Notes: a model not told the origin generated them from the letters alone. Shown: positions 30,378 through 38,627, counted from the first letter of the stretch. The stretch is DNA of 64,000 nt from an uncultured Alphaproteobacteria bacterium (GCA_963791925.1 CAWBUA010000003.1:296604-360603), one strand, 5' to 3'. A program made the numbers and translations.

Positions 30378-30382
30378 AAACT

Positions 30383-30410
30383 GCCCCCGCTAGTGAGCGG
30401 GGGCTTTTCT
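30383..30410. terminator. Bidirectional rho-independent terminator between convergent genes
   Basis: GCCCCCGCT-AGTG-AGCGGGGGC perfect 9-bp stem, followed by TTTTCTTT on the plus strand and a T-rich tract (GTTTTTATT) on the minus strand. Confidence 0.65.
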
Positions 30411-30596
30411 TTAAGTGAGCAGCGGTGCTTCTTTTTGAGGGCATGTGCGGGCGGTGTGCCCCTCACTGCCGCATTTACTGCATGCCTGCGGTTTGCGGGC
30501 GGTCTTTTCCCTGCCGGCGCCGTTCACCGCTTCGGCAATTTCGGCGTCGATAACGTCGCGCTTATCAAGCAAGTCGCGGAGCCTCTGCGTATCCAA
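30411..30596 (-). CDS. Small protein with CCHC zinc knuckle
   Basis: 61 aa. CSKCGSEGHTARTC is an exact C-x2-C-x4-H-x4-C. Its start abuts the stop of the Replic_Relax-like gene. Confidence 0.5.
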   Translation of the reverse strand: MDTQRLRDLLDKRDVIDAEIAEAVNGAGREKTARKPQACSKCGSEGHTARTCPQKEAPLLT

Positions 30597-31454
30597 CTAA
30601 ATCACCTCCTTCTTCAGTTGCAGGTTGGGATGCCCGACACGCTCCCATACGTCGTCAAGGAGAGAGAGGAGCGGTTCGGGATGTTTCTCGAACGAGCCGA
30701 GCGAAGGGATCGCCCGGTAGAGCAAGTGGTAGGACTTGGGCTGGGATGTGCCGTTCTGCTCGGCGATGGTGAAGAATAATTTCTTGATGTTTTCCAGGTG
30801 AGGCCTGCTGGTCGTCACTGTGAGGATGAAAGGCTGAGGGATGCCCCATAGCTTTTCTGTCGTCTTATTGAAGATGATGTCGCGGTAGCAAAGCAGTTTG
30901 CGGAGATAGGAATTGAGTTCGAGATTGTGGATGAGCAGATTTTCGGTATTGCGGTCGGCTTCGAGAAGAAAGTGGGCGTCGCCAATTGCGAAAACGGCAT
31001 CCGGCTCGATGGGTTTGCTGGCCTTCTGCGTGCCCCATTCGATGTAGCACGGTATCTTCAGCGGCTTCTGACCGAGCACCTCACGATTGGAGCGAAAGGA
31101 CAGACCATTCATTTTTGCGATGGTCTCGAAGGATAGGAGTATGTCGGAGACCATGAGCTGGTGCCAAAATTGCCGGCTGCCGGTCCAGCTGTTCAGTTCG
31201 ATGCCGTGTTGCTCCAACGCCGCGCGGCTTTTGTGCGTCAGTTCATATACGCGGGGCGCGTAGCGCGCGTTCCAACTCTGCTTTTGCTGGTCGGGCCGGC
31301 CGAGATAGCCGCATTTATAAAGTGTGCCCAAGCGGCGATGGACGTTCTGTTTGGAGCCGCCGACGAGCCGATGCAAGAAATTCGCGCGGCCATAGCGAAC
31401 GCGGTTGAGCGCTTTAAAAACGTCTATGTCGCGTGGAGTGATTTGCAACGTCAT
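30597..31454 (-). CDS. Replication-relaxation (Replic_Relax) family-like protein
   Basis: N-terminal winged-helix-like ITPRDIDVFKALNRVRYGRANFLHRLVGG...RRLGTLYKCGYLGR and a later IEPDAVFAIGDAHFLLEADRNTE block (PDa...E.DrgTE pattern). The ORF extends to 31490. Confidence 0.6.
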   Translation of the reverse strand: MTLQITPRDIDVFKALNRVRYGRANFLHRLVGGSKQNVHRRLGTLYKCGYLGRPDQQKQSWNARYAPRVYELTHKSRAALEQHGIELNSWTGSRQFWHQLMVSDILLSFETIAKMNGLSFRSNREVLGQKPLKIPCYIEWGTQKASKPIEPDAVFAIGDAHFLLEADRNTENLLIHNLELNSYLRKLLCYRDIIFNKTTEKLWGIPQPFILTVTTSRPHLENIKKLFFTIAEQNGTSQPKSYHLLYRAIPSLGSFEKHPEPLLSLLDDVWERVGHPNLQLKKEVI

Positions 31455-31557
31455 ACATGAGAGATAAATCCGGCGTCCGGCTTGGGTCAAAGGCGGCTAT
31501 GGCAAGCCGCGGCGTTCGGCGGGCAACGGTGGGCGGCAGTGAGCGCCACAAATAATT

Positions 31558-33867
31558 TTACCATTCTTCGCGGGACTGCTTCTTGTGTTTTGAGGTGTTG
31601 AGTTCGGCGGGCCCGGTTTGCGGAGCGTCAGAGGTTCGGCGATAGAGTATGTGGATGACGCTGCCCCGGGTGCCATCGGTTCGAAACGTGCCATAGTTGG
31701 GAAATCGGATTCGGTAACCCTCGCGCATATTGGCGGGGATCGAAACCTTCAGAGTCTTCCATTCGGTGCCATGTACATTGACCCGTACTTTGGCTGAGTA
31801 GAATCCCCCCTTATCCGCGACATTAGGATTGATATAATTTTCCTCGTACAGCTCGTCGGTCGGAATATCGCGCTTTGCATACCGTGCGCGCATGGTGAGC
31901 ATGAGCGTGTGATACTCGTAGTCACCGATGAGCGGGTATTGCAGCGTATCAGCAAACGTCTGCGTGTCGTCATTGAGCTTGTGGTGGGGAACTGGGAGCA
32001 GCTCCGCGGTTTTGGTTTTAAATTTCACAAACGCGGCAAAGTGCCCCTGGTCAATCGTAGCCAACACATCGGACGGGGTGTTAGGGAAGTAAGCGGAAGC
32101 CATGGGGTCTCCGGTGGTATTGAACAGCTTTATTGCACAGGTATTGAGCGAGGCGCGCACTTTTTCGTCGTCGATTTGTTTTAAAAACTGATGGGCGAAG
32201 GTGAGCGAGATGCGCTTGGATCGGAGTTGGGTAATCATATCGTCGATGTGCCTATCATTGGCGATGACGTAGTGAGCTTCATCGAGGAAGACATAGACTG
32301 GCTTCTTGCCTTTGCGCTGACGGCCGGCATACCAGATGAGTGCAAGAAAAAGGCGCCCAAGAAATTCAGAGCCAAAGGGACTTAAAAGGGTATAGCTATT
32401 GTTGATGCAGATGACTTTGCCGCTATCGAGCAAGTCCGCCATATTGATCCGCGTGTCCTTGCTGGAGAGAATGGGGCCGAGCCATTTGTTGTTTAAAATG
32501 ATACGTAACCGGGCCTGAATCTCCGCGCGGCGTTCGGCATAGCGTGGCCCGTTGAACTCTTTTTCAAAAAAGCGCTGATCTCGCGGGGGTAGCTGAGTGA
32601 TTTCTTTTTGATAAGCCTTCGCGCCGTCAACCACGATGTCCCAAAAGGTCTCCATCGTAGGCTTGGGTACTTTTTCCAGCAGATTGATGATTTGCGTGAA
32701 TGGAATGGATTGATGGGCGGTCAGGCCGGTATTGAAGACCCCAAACAGGTAGTCGAGAAATTCCGATGGGTGGCCAGTGGCGAACGGATTGATGGCGAGA
32801 GGATAGTCGGGCGTCGTTTCCAAAATGATCAGGCGGTCTTTGATGGCCGCGAGACGATGAAATGAGCTGAATAAATCACCTTTCGAATCAAGAATGATGA
32901 TAGTGGCGTCCTGCTCCAGGCGGTTGAGTATGAGGTGACGCAAAAGATTGGTTTTGCCGGCGCCGGATGCGGCCACAATCCAGCACGCCTCGAACCAGCG
33001 GTCCTCGGGGATATCGAAGGGGATGTCTACGGATTGATTAGAAATCTTGTGCCGGTGTGGGAAATAGGGAGAATAGAAAAAAGAGATTTCCCAGGCCTTG
33101 GTGTCCTGACGCACCTGCTTGTGCTGCTTGGCGTGGCGCTCTTTCCGTACTTTCCACAAGGACAAGTCTAGTTGCTGAAAGTCCTGCTTTCGGGTCCGTT
33201 CCCCGGCTTCGTGCCGACGCTTGCGGTCGCGCCAATCGGCCTTGTCCCATTTGTCATCTACGGGTTCGGATTCGGTGAAATAATCCGGATAAAAGATTGG
33301 CTCGGGCTCATCGAATTCGTCCCAGCAAGGGGGAAGGAATAAATTGCGGTGGGGGAAAATGCCGTGTTTGGCGAGCTGTTCGCAGGCCTCGGCAATCGGG
33401 GCGTTGAGGGCGTTTGGGATTTCGGCAAAGTCAGGAGCAAAATCGTCGGCGGCGAGAAGCGCGCGGGTGACTGAGAACAACGGCGAAGAGCGAACGTTTA
33501 GTGCTGTTCGTGCATGGGCCGGAAATCCCTTGGTGCACTCAACGAGGCTTTTAAGGAACGTTCTGAGAAATGTCTTATACGTTTCGGTTGGGTCTACGAG
33601 TTTGAGTAAATGTCGCTGCTGGTCGGTATCTGGCAAGTCGGCGGGAAACTCATCAGCATAAATATCCCCGATGGTTTCGATGAGCTTAGCAAGAAACTGT
33701 TTAGGCAGTATCAGATAGTCATACAACGGCGCTGCCTCCTGGAGATAAAGGTCCAAGAGACTTTCTTGAAGCCGCCGACGGGAATACGGCGCAAGGGCCG
33801 TACGCCATAGAGCACGGTTAAGCTCCAGTTCATAGACTTTGCGGCGTGCGGGATCGAGTACAGTCAT
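31558..33867 (-). CDS. FtsK/HerA/VirD4-superfamily P-loop ATPase (coupling-protein-like), 769 aa
   Basis: Walker A AASGAGKTN, Walker B PVYVFLDEAHYV, and downstream LTFAHQFLKQI. The C-terminal roughly 90 aa is a beta-rich extension (KVSIPANMREGYRIRFPNYG). Confidence 0.7.
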   Translation of the reverse strand: MTVLDPARRKVYELELNRALWRTALAPYSRRRLQESLLDLYLQEAAPLYDYLILPKQFLAKLIETIGDIYADEFPADLPDTDQQRHLLKLVDPTETYKTFLRTFLKSLVECTKGFPAHARTALNVRSSPLFSVTRALLAADDFAPDFAEIPNALNAPIAEACEQLAKHGIFPHRNLFLPPCWDEFDEPEPIFYPDYFTESEPVDDKWDKADWRDRKRRHEAGERTRKQDFQQLDLSLWKVRKERHAKQHKQVRQDTKAWEISFFYSPYFPHRHKISNQSVDIPFDIPEDRWFEACWIVAASGAGKTNLLRHLILNRLEQDATIIILDSKGDLFSSFHRLAAIKDRLIILETTPDYPLAINPFATGHPSEFLDYLFGVFNTGLTAHQSIPFTQIINLLEKVPKPTMETFWDIVVDGAKAYQKEITQLPPRDQRFFEKEFNGPRYAERRAEIQARLRIILNNKWLGPILSSKDTRINMADLLDSGKVICINNSYTLLSPFGSEFLGRLFLALIWYAGRQRKGKKPVYVFLDEAHYVIANDRHIDDMITQLRSKRISLTFAHQFLKQIDDEKVRASLNTCAIKLFNTTGDPMASAYFPNTPSDVLATIDQGHFAAFVKFKTKTAELLPVPHHKLNDDTQTFADTLQYPLIGDYEYHTLMLTMRARYAKRDIPTDELYEENYINPNVADKGGFYSAKVRVNVHGTEWKTLKVSIPANMREGYRIRFPNYGTFRTDGTRGSVIHILYRRTSDAPQTGPAELNTSKHKKQSREEW

Positions 33868-34733
33868 TTCTTCCAGTATCGCCGTATCTCGTCGGCAACG
33901 CTGTCTTCTTCGCTGGAACGGCGGCCAGAGGGCGGTGGTGCAGCCGCGCGCCTTACTTCGTCGAGCTTCGCGCTTAGAGCGGCTTCTTGTGCGGCTTCCT
34001 GCTCGGCCTGTGCGCGGCGTTGTTCACGGGCTGCTAGTTCGCGTTGTTTTTGCTGCTCGTCGGCCTCTCGCTTCGATCGGGTCTGTTTGACAAAATCAAG
34101 ATTATTCCACCATTTTCCGATCTGGTGGCCAATGAAGGTTGTAATTGCTAGTTCAACGGCGTTGACGACCAAAGGATAGTTCCACGAGAGTGGAAATGCC
34201 ACAATACAAACTCCGAGCGTCCATCCGGCCACGGCGCCTCCATATTCGCGGTCGAAACTTTCATGTTGATACAGAAGCACAATTCCTATCAAGCCTATAG
34301 CGCCAGCGATAGCCAGGAAGACGTATTGCGCAGTGGGAGCCGCGTTAATCCAGATAGTGCACCACACCGTGCCCAGAAGGAACAGCGTGAACGCGAACTG
34401 ATGACGGGATGATGTAACGTCATCTTTCTTCGGGACTTCGGGAAGTGTGTAGCCGGTGAGTTGTTCGCGCCACCATTTGATGGGAGGAATGTCAATGATG
34501 ATGAAAGTGATTGTGCATGCGAACAGGAGCGAACCCAACAAAACAGCGACTGGCATCCAAGGGGTGACCGTTAAGATGCCGGCGTCATAGGTGTCGACCA
34601 GGAAAGTACCAAACCAGGCCAGTAGAACGGTCGGAATTGCGAAGGAGACCCTAAAAACTGCGTCCTTCTGTTTGGGCGTCATGATACCAGTCCCCACTCC
34701 GCTTAATATTCCGGCCAAGAATACCACAACCAT
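33864..34733 (-). CDS. Multi-pass membrane protein with charged coiled-coil C-terminal tail
   Basis: At least 6 hydrophobic segments, then KREADEQQKQRELAAREQRRAQAEQEAAQEAA. The start is uncertain (ATG at 34733 or 34682; the ORF extends to 34931 and overlaps the upstream ATPase gene). Confidence 0.5.
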   Translation of the reverse strand: MVVVFLAGILSGVGTGIMTPKQKDAVFRVSFAIPTVLLAWFGTFLVDTYDAGILTVTPWMPVAVLLGSLLFACTITFIIIDIPPIKWWREQLTGYTLPEVPKKDDVTSSRHQFAFTLFLLGTVWCTIWINAAPTAQYVFLAIAGAIGLIGIVLLYQHESFDREYGGAVAGWTLGVCIVAFPLSWNYPLVVNAVELAITTFIGHQIGKWWNNLDFVKQTRSKREADEQQKQRELAAREQRRAQAEQEAAQEAALSAKLDEVRRAAAPPPSGRRSSEEDSVADEIRRYWKK

Positions 34734-35874
34734 CGGTGGGTAGTGGAGTCCTATTAAGCACGGCATGCGGGGGGCGGGAGAAGTTTTCCCAGTATTCATA
34801 GTTGGGAAGGTCGGACAGCATATCTGGATTGGTGAGCCCAAGATTGGGTGCAAGAACGCGGGCATCCTGGGGTGAGAGCGTGAAGCAGTCGATTGTGCCG
34901 ACATTGCCGAGCACGGCGGCGGAGAGATCATCGGGTATTTGCGCGAGCAGTTGGTGCGCGAGAATTAATTGAAGTCCGAACTTGCCGGCCTCACTCAAAA
35001 TGGTTGAGAACGTGTCCGTGGTGAAGTTTTGAAATTCATCCACGACCAGCACAAAAGTTTCGCGATTTGAGTTTTGGGCGGCTTGGTAGAGGGCATTTAC
35101 AAGCAGCGCACCAAGGAGCCGCGAGGGTGCGTCGCCGAGCTTGGCTTTGGAAAGATTGACCACGAGTTTGCGGCCGGTGTTCATGAGTTTGGCGAGGTTC
35201 AAGCAGTAGTCGGCGCCCAGTATGTTGCGCAGGACCGGGTCAGCGCCAAACTGACCGACTTTGTTGAGCACCGGGGCGATAGCGTCATTGCGGTAGCGAT
35301 CATCCCAGGCATCGAACTCGTAGCGCCAAAACGATGGTGCCGTCGCGCGCCGCAATGCGCGGCGTCGATAAGCAGGATCGGTCAACAGGGGGTGGATTTC
35401 CAAGAGGGAAGCATTGTTGTCGAGGAGCAAGCAAACGGAGTTGTAAAGTATCCATTCGAGCCGCGGGCCCCAGGAATCGCCCCATATCGCCTTGAAGGAC
35501 GAAATAATTTCGGCAGCGCGCAAGTGCCGTCTGTCACTACGTACGTTTTTCAAGACATTGAGTCCGATAGGGATGATGGTCGGGTCGAAATAGATGCAGT
35601 CCACGCGATCGGCGATCGCCTCCGCCAGATCGCCGTGGGGATCGAGCAGGCAAAAGCCGCCCGAACGGAGCATCAGGTCGAGGAGCAACGTGGATTTGCC
35701 GGTCCGAGTTTTCCCAAGAATGTAGCGATGCATTCGGCCAAAGCTCGCGGCAAAGTTCGCGCCAACCGCGTCGTTTGCAGTGGTCGCAATAGTTCGCCGC
35801 GAGGTTTGTTCGAAAGAACTGTCTGTTGTAATTGTAGCGTGTTGTTGGCCGCATCTTTTTGTCGTCTGCGGCAA
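34651..35874 (-). CDS. FtsK/HerA/VirD4-superfamily P-loop ATPase (coupling-protein-like), 407 aa
   Basis: Walker A GKTRTGKST, Walker B FVLVVDEFQNF, LILAHQLLAQI. A paralogue-like layout to the 769-aa protein. Confidence 0.7.
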   Translation of the reverse strand: MPQTTKRCGQQHATITTDSSFEQTSRRTIATTANDAVGANFAASFGRMHRYILGKTRTGKSTLLLDLMLRSGGFCLLDPHGDLAEAIADRVDCIYFDPTIIPIGLNVLKNVRSDRRHLRAAEIISSFKAIWGDSWGPRLEWILYNSVCLLLDNNASLLEIHPLLTDPAYRRRALRRATAPSFWRYEFDAWDDRYRNDAIAPVLNKVGQFGADPVLRNILGADYCLNLAKLMNTGRKLVVNLSKAKLGDAPSRLLGALLVNALYQAAQNSNRETFVLVVDEFQNFTTDTFSTILSEAGKFGLQLILAHQLLAQIPDDLSAAVLGNVGTIDCFTLSPQDARVLAPNLGLTNPDMLSDLPNYEYWENFSRPPHAVLNRTPLPTDGCGILGRNIKRSGDWYHDAQTEGRSF

Positions 35875-36092
35875 TAGCCGCGACCTTTGGCTTTTCCGCC
35901 CGGGCGCGCTGGCGCGCGCACGGTCCCGACCCGGTGTAGTGATAACTCACCGGCGAATTCGCCGAGGCTGTGCCGAGGCGAATGAGAGAGGGACGAAGGA
36001 GGGAAGGAATAAGACAAAGGTCGCGGCTGATAGGCCGTCGCAAAAAGTGCGGAATTGCGCCCAGTACGGGCATATGTTGCGTTGTAGGGCGG

Positions 36093-36121
36093 CTACAAAC
36101 AGGCGATAGCACTGTTTGTAG
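36093..36121. repeat. Perfect 10-bp inverted repeat CTACAAACAG-N9-CTGTTTGTAG (candidate operator or oriT hairpin)
   Basis: Intergenic, about 220 nt upstream of the ATPase operon start. A flanking direct repeat TTGTAGG(G/A)CG lies at 36082-36091 and 36115-36124. Confidence 0.6.
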
Positions 36122-36146
36122 GACGCACCGGGCCTGTGGAGACAAT

Positions 36147-36177
36147 GAAAAACGGCGCCCAGTGGCCACCGGGCGCC
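36147..36177 (-). terminator. Rho-independent terminator after the AlpA-like gene
   Basis: On the minus strand, GGCGCCC-N10-GGGCGCC hairpin followed by TTTTT, starting 17 nt after the stop at 36194. Confidence 0.55.
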
Positions 36178-36193
36178 GCCATTTCGCTCCTCG

Positions 36194-36439
36194 CTAGGAG
36201 GAGAAAGTCAGGTTCTCGGGAACCGGGAACCCTCGTCGTTTGAGCCAAGCGAGGACATCGAGCGTGTACCACTGAGGGTGAGAGTTGCGGTCGTTCACGG
36301 CCTTGAAGACCGGTGGAAACGGGTCCGCATTCTTCCTCGGATCCGACAAGCGGCCGGTATGCGTCCGACTATAAGGCCATCCTATCTTGGACTTCAGGTC
36401 CTTCCACGAAAGATAAAGTGGTAGCACCACGTTGAACAT
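36194..36439 (-). CDS. AlpA-like HTH regulator / putative excisionase
   Basis: 81 aa. YLSWKDLKSKIGWPYSRTHTGRL....FPPVFK.....HPQWYTLDVLAWLKRRG follows the AlpA pattern (HTH, FP.P.k, W...ev..Wl). Confidence 0.55.
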   Translation of the reverse strand: MFNVVLPLYLSWKDLKSKIGWPYSRTHTGRLSDPRKNADPFPPVFKAVNDRNSHPQWYTLDVLAWLKRRGFPVPENLTFSS

Positions 36440-36742
36440 CGGCTTTCTCCTTTAGGGGGAGATCACCGGTGTTCTCCCAGTCTGGGGTTGCCAGCTGGTG
36501 AGGCACTTGCCTCGATTGAGACACTAGCCGAACTGTGGAAGTTTGTGGAGCGGTTTGTTGGGCCTGGGGATTGTTTGTCCGTTCAACGTGCACCATGGCT
36601 ACCGTTGCGGCAGCGTGCCGCACAGTGTTCATGCTAGGTCATGTTTCCGCCGAATGGAAATGTCGCGTCAGGGATCGAAGCCGGACGGCGGAGACGCAGA
36701 GCGGCTCCGTTTACGAGAGCCCGGCGCCGAAGGCGGACGCTA

Positions 36743-37057
36743 CTAATGCTGCAGGCTTGATAAAATGTTGTTTGCGTCGCGGCGTTCATGGAGAACACGA
36801 ACGATTTCGGGAATGTTATCCGCGATTCGATAAAACACCGTGTAGGGGTGAACGGGGAAGCCGTGTATACCAGGGAGGAGTTCGGTGCGCTCGCGCCAGC
36901 CGAGTGGGTTCTCCACAATCAAGTGCTCCGCATCGCGGAGTTCGCCTGTGAGAGCGTCGGCAAACTCAGGGGATGCGATTTTGGCAAAATAAATCCAGAT
37001 ATCGACCAGGTCTTGCAATGCCGCCGGAGACCAAAGTGCGTCAACCTTGGGACTCAT
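36743..37057 (-). CDS. parE: ParE/RelE-family toxin
   Basis: WSPAALQDLVDIWIYFAK...VHPYTVFYRIADNIPEIVRVLHERRD is typical of ParE. It overlaps the antitoxin gene by 17 nt. Confidence 0.8.
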   Translation of the reverse strand: MSPKVDALWSPAALQDLVDIWIYFAKIASPEFADALTGELRDAEHLIVENPLGWRERTELLPGIHGFPVHPYTVFYRIADNIPEIVRVLHERRDANNILSSLQH

Positions 37058-37265
37058 GCTGGGTGCGGGCACGGCGATGTATTTTTGCGATATCGGCCGG
37101 CTGTCCCAATCCGGCATCCAACTCACGAATTCCAACTTGCAGCGCGGTTCTCGTTTGCTCGATGGTGCTCACGCGCTCCAGGACTTCCCGCGCGATCACT
37201 TCTTGTGCGTGACGGGGAAGCTCTGCCGCCTTGTCCATTGCCAGCTTCAAAGTTTTGGTGGTCAT
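37041..37265 (-). CDS. parD: Antitoxin cognate to ParE (ParD-like)
   Basis: 74 aa immediately upstream of, and overlapping, parE. Small helical protein (LKLAMDKAAELPRHAQEVIAREVLERV). Confidence 0.6.
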   Translation of the reverse strand: MTTKTLKLAMDKAAELPRHAQEVIAREVLERVSTIEQTRTALQVGIRELDAGLGQPADIAKIHRRARTQHESQG

Positions 37266-37426
37266 TTTGATATGTTGCCGGAATTAAACCGGAGTGGGTC
37301 TGATAAATCTTCGCGCAGCGAACATTCCTCCTCAATGGCGGACAATGCGTCAAAGGCGGCTATTCGAGCTTCTTTCGGCCAACTGATTACGCGGTCCAGG
37401 AGGTCATTAAGTTCGCTGCTTCGCAT
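37262..37426 (-). CDS. Hypothetical small protein, second antitoxin-like gene
   Basis: MRSSELNDLLDRVISWPKEARIAAFDALSAIEEE... resembles the N-terminus of the following antitoxin. ATGA overlap with the parD-like start. Weak support. Confidence 0.3.
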   Translation of the reverse strand: MRSSELNDLLDRVISWPKEARIAAFDALSAIEEECSLREDLSDPLRFNSGNISK

Positions 37427-37624
37427 GCTCCAAGTATACCAAACGAGCCTCGATGACGTTATCTTGACGAGACGAAATTTTCGTGTCGCACAAGTTATCT
37501 TGTGCGACACGTTATTTCGAACCTGTCAATGGTGCCCTTTTCTGGGTTTTTCCTCAATTTAAAGAACGAGCCCTGCTATTATTTGAATGCGTATTATCAT
37601 ACTGAGTATTCTTATATAGAAAGA

Positions 37625-37691
37625 CCGGCCGATTTTGCCGATCAGTCAGGCGAAGGTTGCCGGTCAAGACCGGCGAAATTTGCCGGTCAGG
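37625..37691. repeat. Three tandem iteron-like repeats of 21-23 bp (core TTGCCG(A/G)TCA)
   Basis: CCGGCCGATTTTGCCGATCAG / TCAGGCGAAGGTTGCCGGTCAAG / ACCGGCGAAATTTGCCGGTCAGG. They sit next to an AT-rich stretch (37561-37620) at the 3' end of the HTH_36 gene. Confidence 0.6.
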
Positions 37692-38131
37692 GACGGCGAG
37701 CCGGATTTCTTTACAGTTATCTGGAGGCGATAGAGATTAGTCTTGCCAAGGCCCCGTTGGGTTATTTCCAGGAGGCCGGCCGCCTCAAGCTCTTTGAGAT
37801 AGGTGCGAACGCTGCGCTCCCCCGCTCCCATGTCGTTTGCGAGTTTGGCTTGTCCAGGAAAACAGCCATCATCGTACCAGGCGTATTTAAGCAACATCGC
37901 GTAGGAGAGTTTGGCCCCAACCGAAATATCCTCCTTCGTTAAAATGAAATTTGGAACTTGCGTGAAGCCATATTGGGTCGCTGGGTCGGCGCCAATAAGT
38001 TCAATGTTCCTTTCTTTTATTATGTCGCCAATTGGCCGTGCGTCCACGAGGTAATTATACGGCCTCAAAAATGTTTGTTGACGGTTATCCCCTATCGTCC
38101 GAATGCGCGGGGTCGGCCGCCGCGGGTCCAA
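37664..38131 (-). CDS. HTH_36-type helix-turn-helix protein (replication-initiator-like)
   Basis: YGFTQVPNFILTKEDISVGAKLSYAMLLKYAWYDDGCFPGQAKLANDMGAGERSVRTYLKELEAAGLLEITQRG matches the HTH_36 pattern. The start is uncertain (47-nt overlap with the upstream ORF). Confidence 0.6.
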   Translation of the reverse strand: MDPRRPTPRIRTIGDNRQQTFLRPYNYLVDARPIGDIIKERNIELIGADPATQYGFTQVPNFILTKEDISVGAKLSYAMLLKYAWYDDGCFPGQAKLANDMGAGERSVRTYLKELEAAGLLEITQRGLGKTNLYRLQITVKKSGSPSLTGKFRRS

Positions 38132-38627
38132 GCAAGGGTGTGAGCATTTCCTGTAGGCGGGCGGTTATGATGTTGGTTTCCTTTACCCGCTCAAGCAGCA
38201 CGGTATTTTGTTCGCGCAAGAACGAATTCTCTTTTTCAAGGTGATCAAGGTAGCGGGCTTGGAAATCGGGCGCGTCTGGGCGGGCGGGGGCGTCGAGGGG
38301 CGCACCCCCTTCGGACTTGGAGATATGCGTGCCCTGTTCAGCGCTAGAGGGCGCGTCGGGGCGCGCGGGGACGCGTCCCGACGCGGCCAGGGCGTCCACG
38401 ATTTGCGCGATGTGGTGATCGACTGACTGGGCGGTGACGAGATATTTTTCGCCAAACGGCGTTTCTATCTTTCGGCATTGAAGATCGCCGCGAGCGCAAT
38501 ACTTTTGAAGGCGTCGAATAGTACGGGGATGGCCGGCGCCAGCGTAGCGCTCCGAAACTTCGTCTATGGTCAAAGTATATTCGCTGTCATCGAGGGGCGC
38601 GTCCGGGCGCGCTGGGGCGGGGGTCAT
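38085..38627 (-). CDS. Hypothetical protein with three ARPDAP peptide repeats and a C-terminal coiled-coil-like segment
   Basis: 180 aa. ARPDAP at residues 6-11, 88-93 and 115-120. The middle part (RTIRRLQKYCARGDL) could be a DNA-binding helix. Confidence 0.45.
   Translation of the reverse strand: MTPAPARPDAPLDDSEYTLTIDEVSERYAGAGHPRTIRRLQKYCARGDLQCRKIETPFGEKYLVTAQSVDHHIAQIVDALAASGRVPARPDAPSSAEQGTHISKSEGGAPLDAPARPDAPDFQARYLDHLEKENSFLREQNTVLLERVKETNIITARLQEMLTPLLGPAAADPAHSDDRG

Noticed and set aside
36440-36742. Possible structured ncRNA or small genes in the 300-bp gap upstream of the AlpA-like gene (ORFs 36369..36632, 36535..36951, 36543..36746)
   Set aside because: The ORFs lack start context and motifs and overlap each other. 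I could not identify a convincing conserved fold or terminator by eye. The region is left unannotated.
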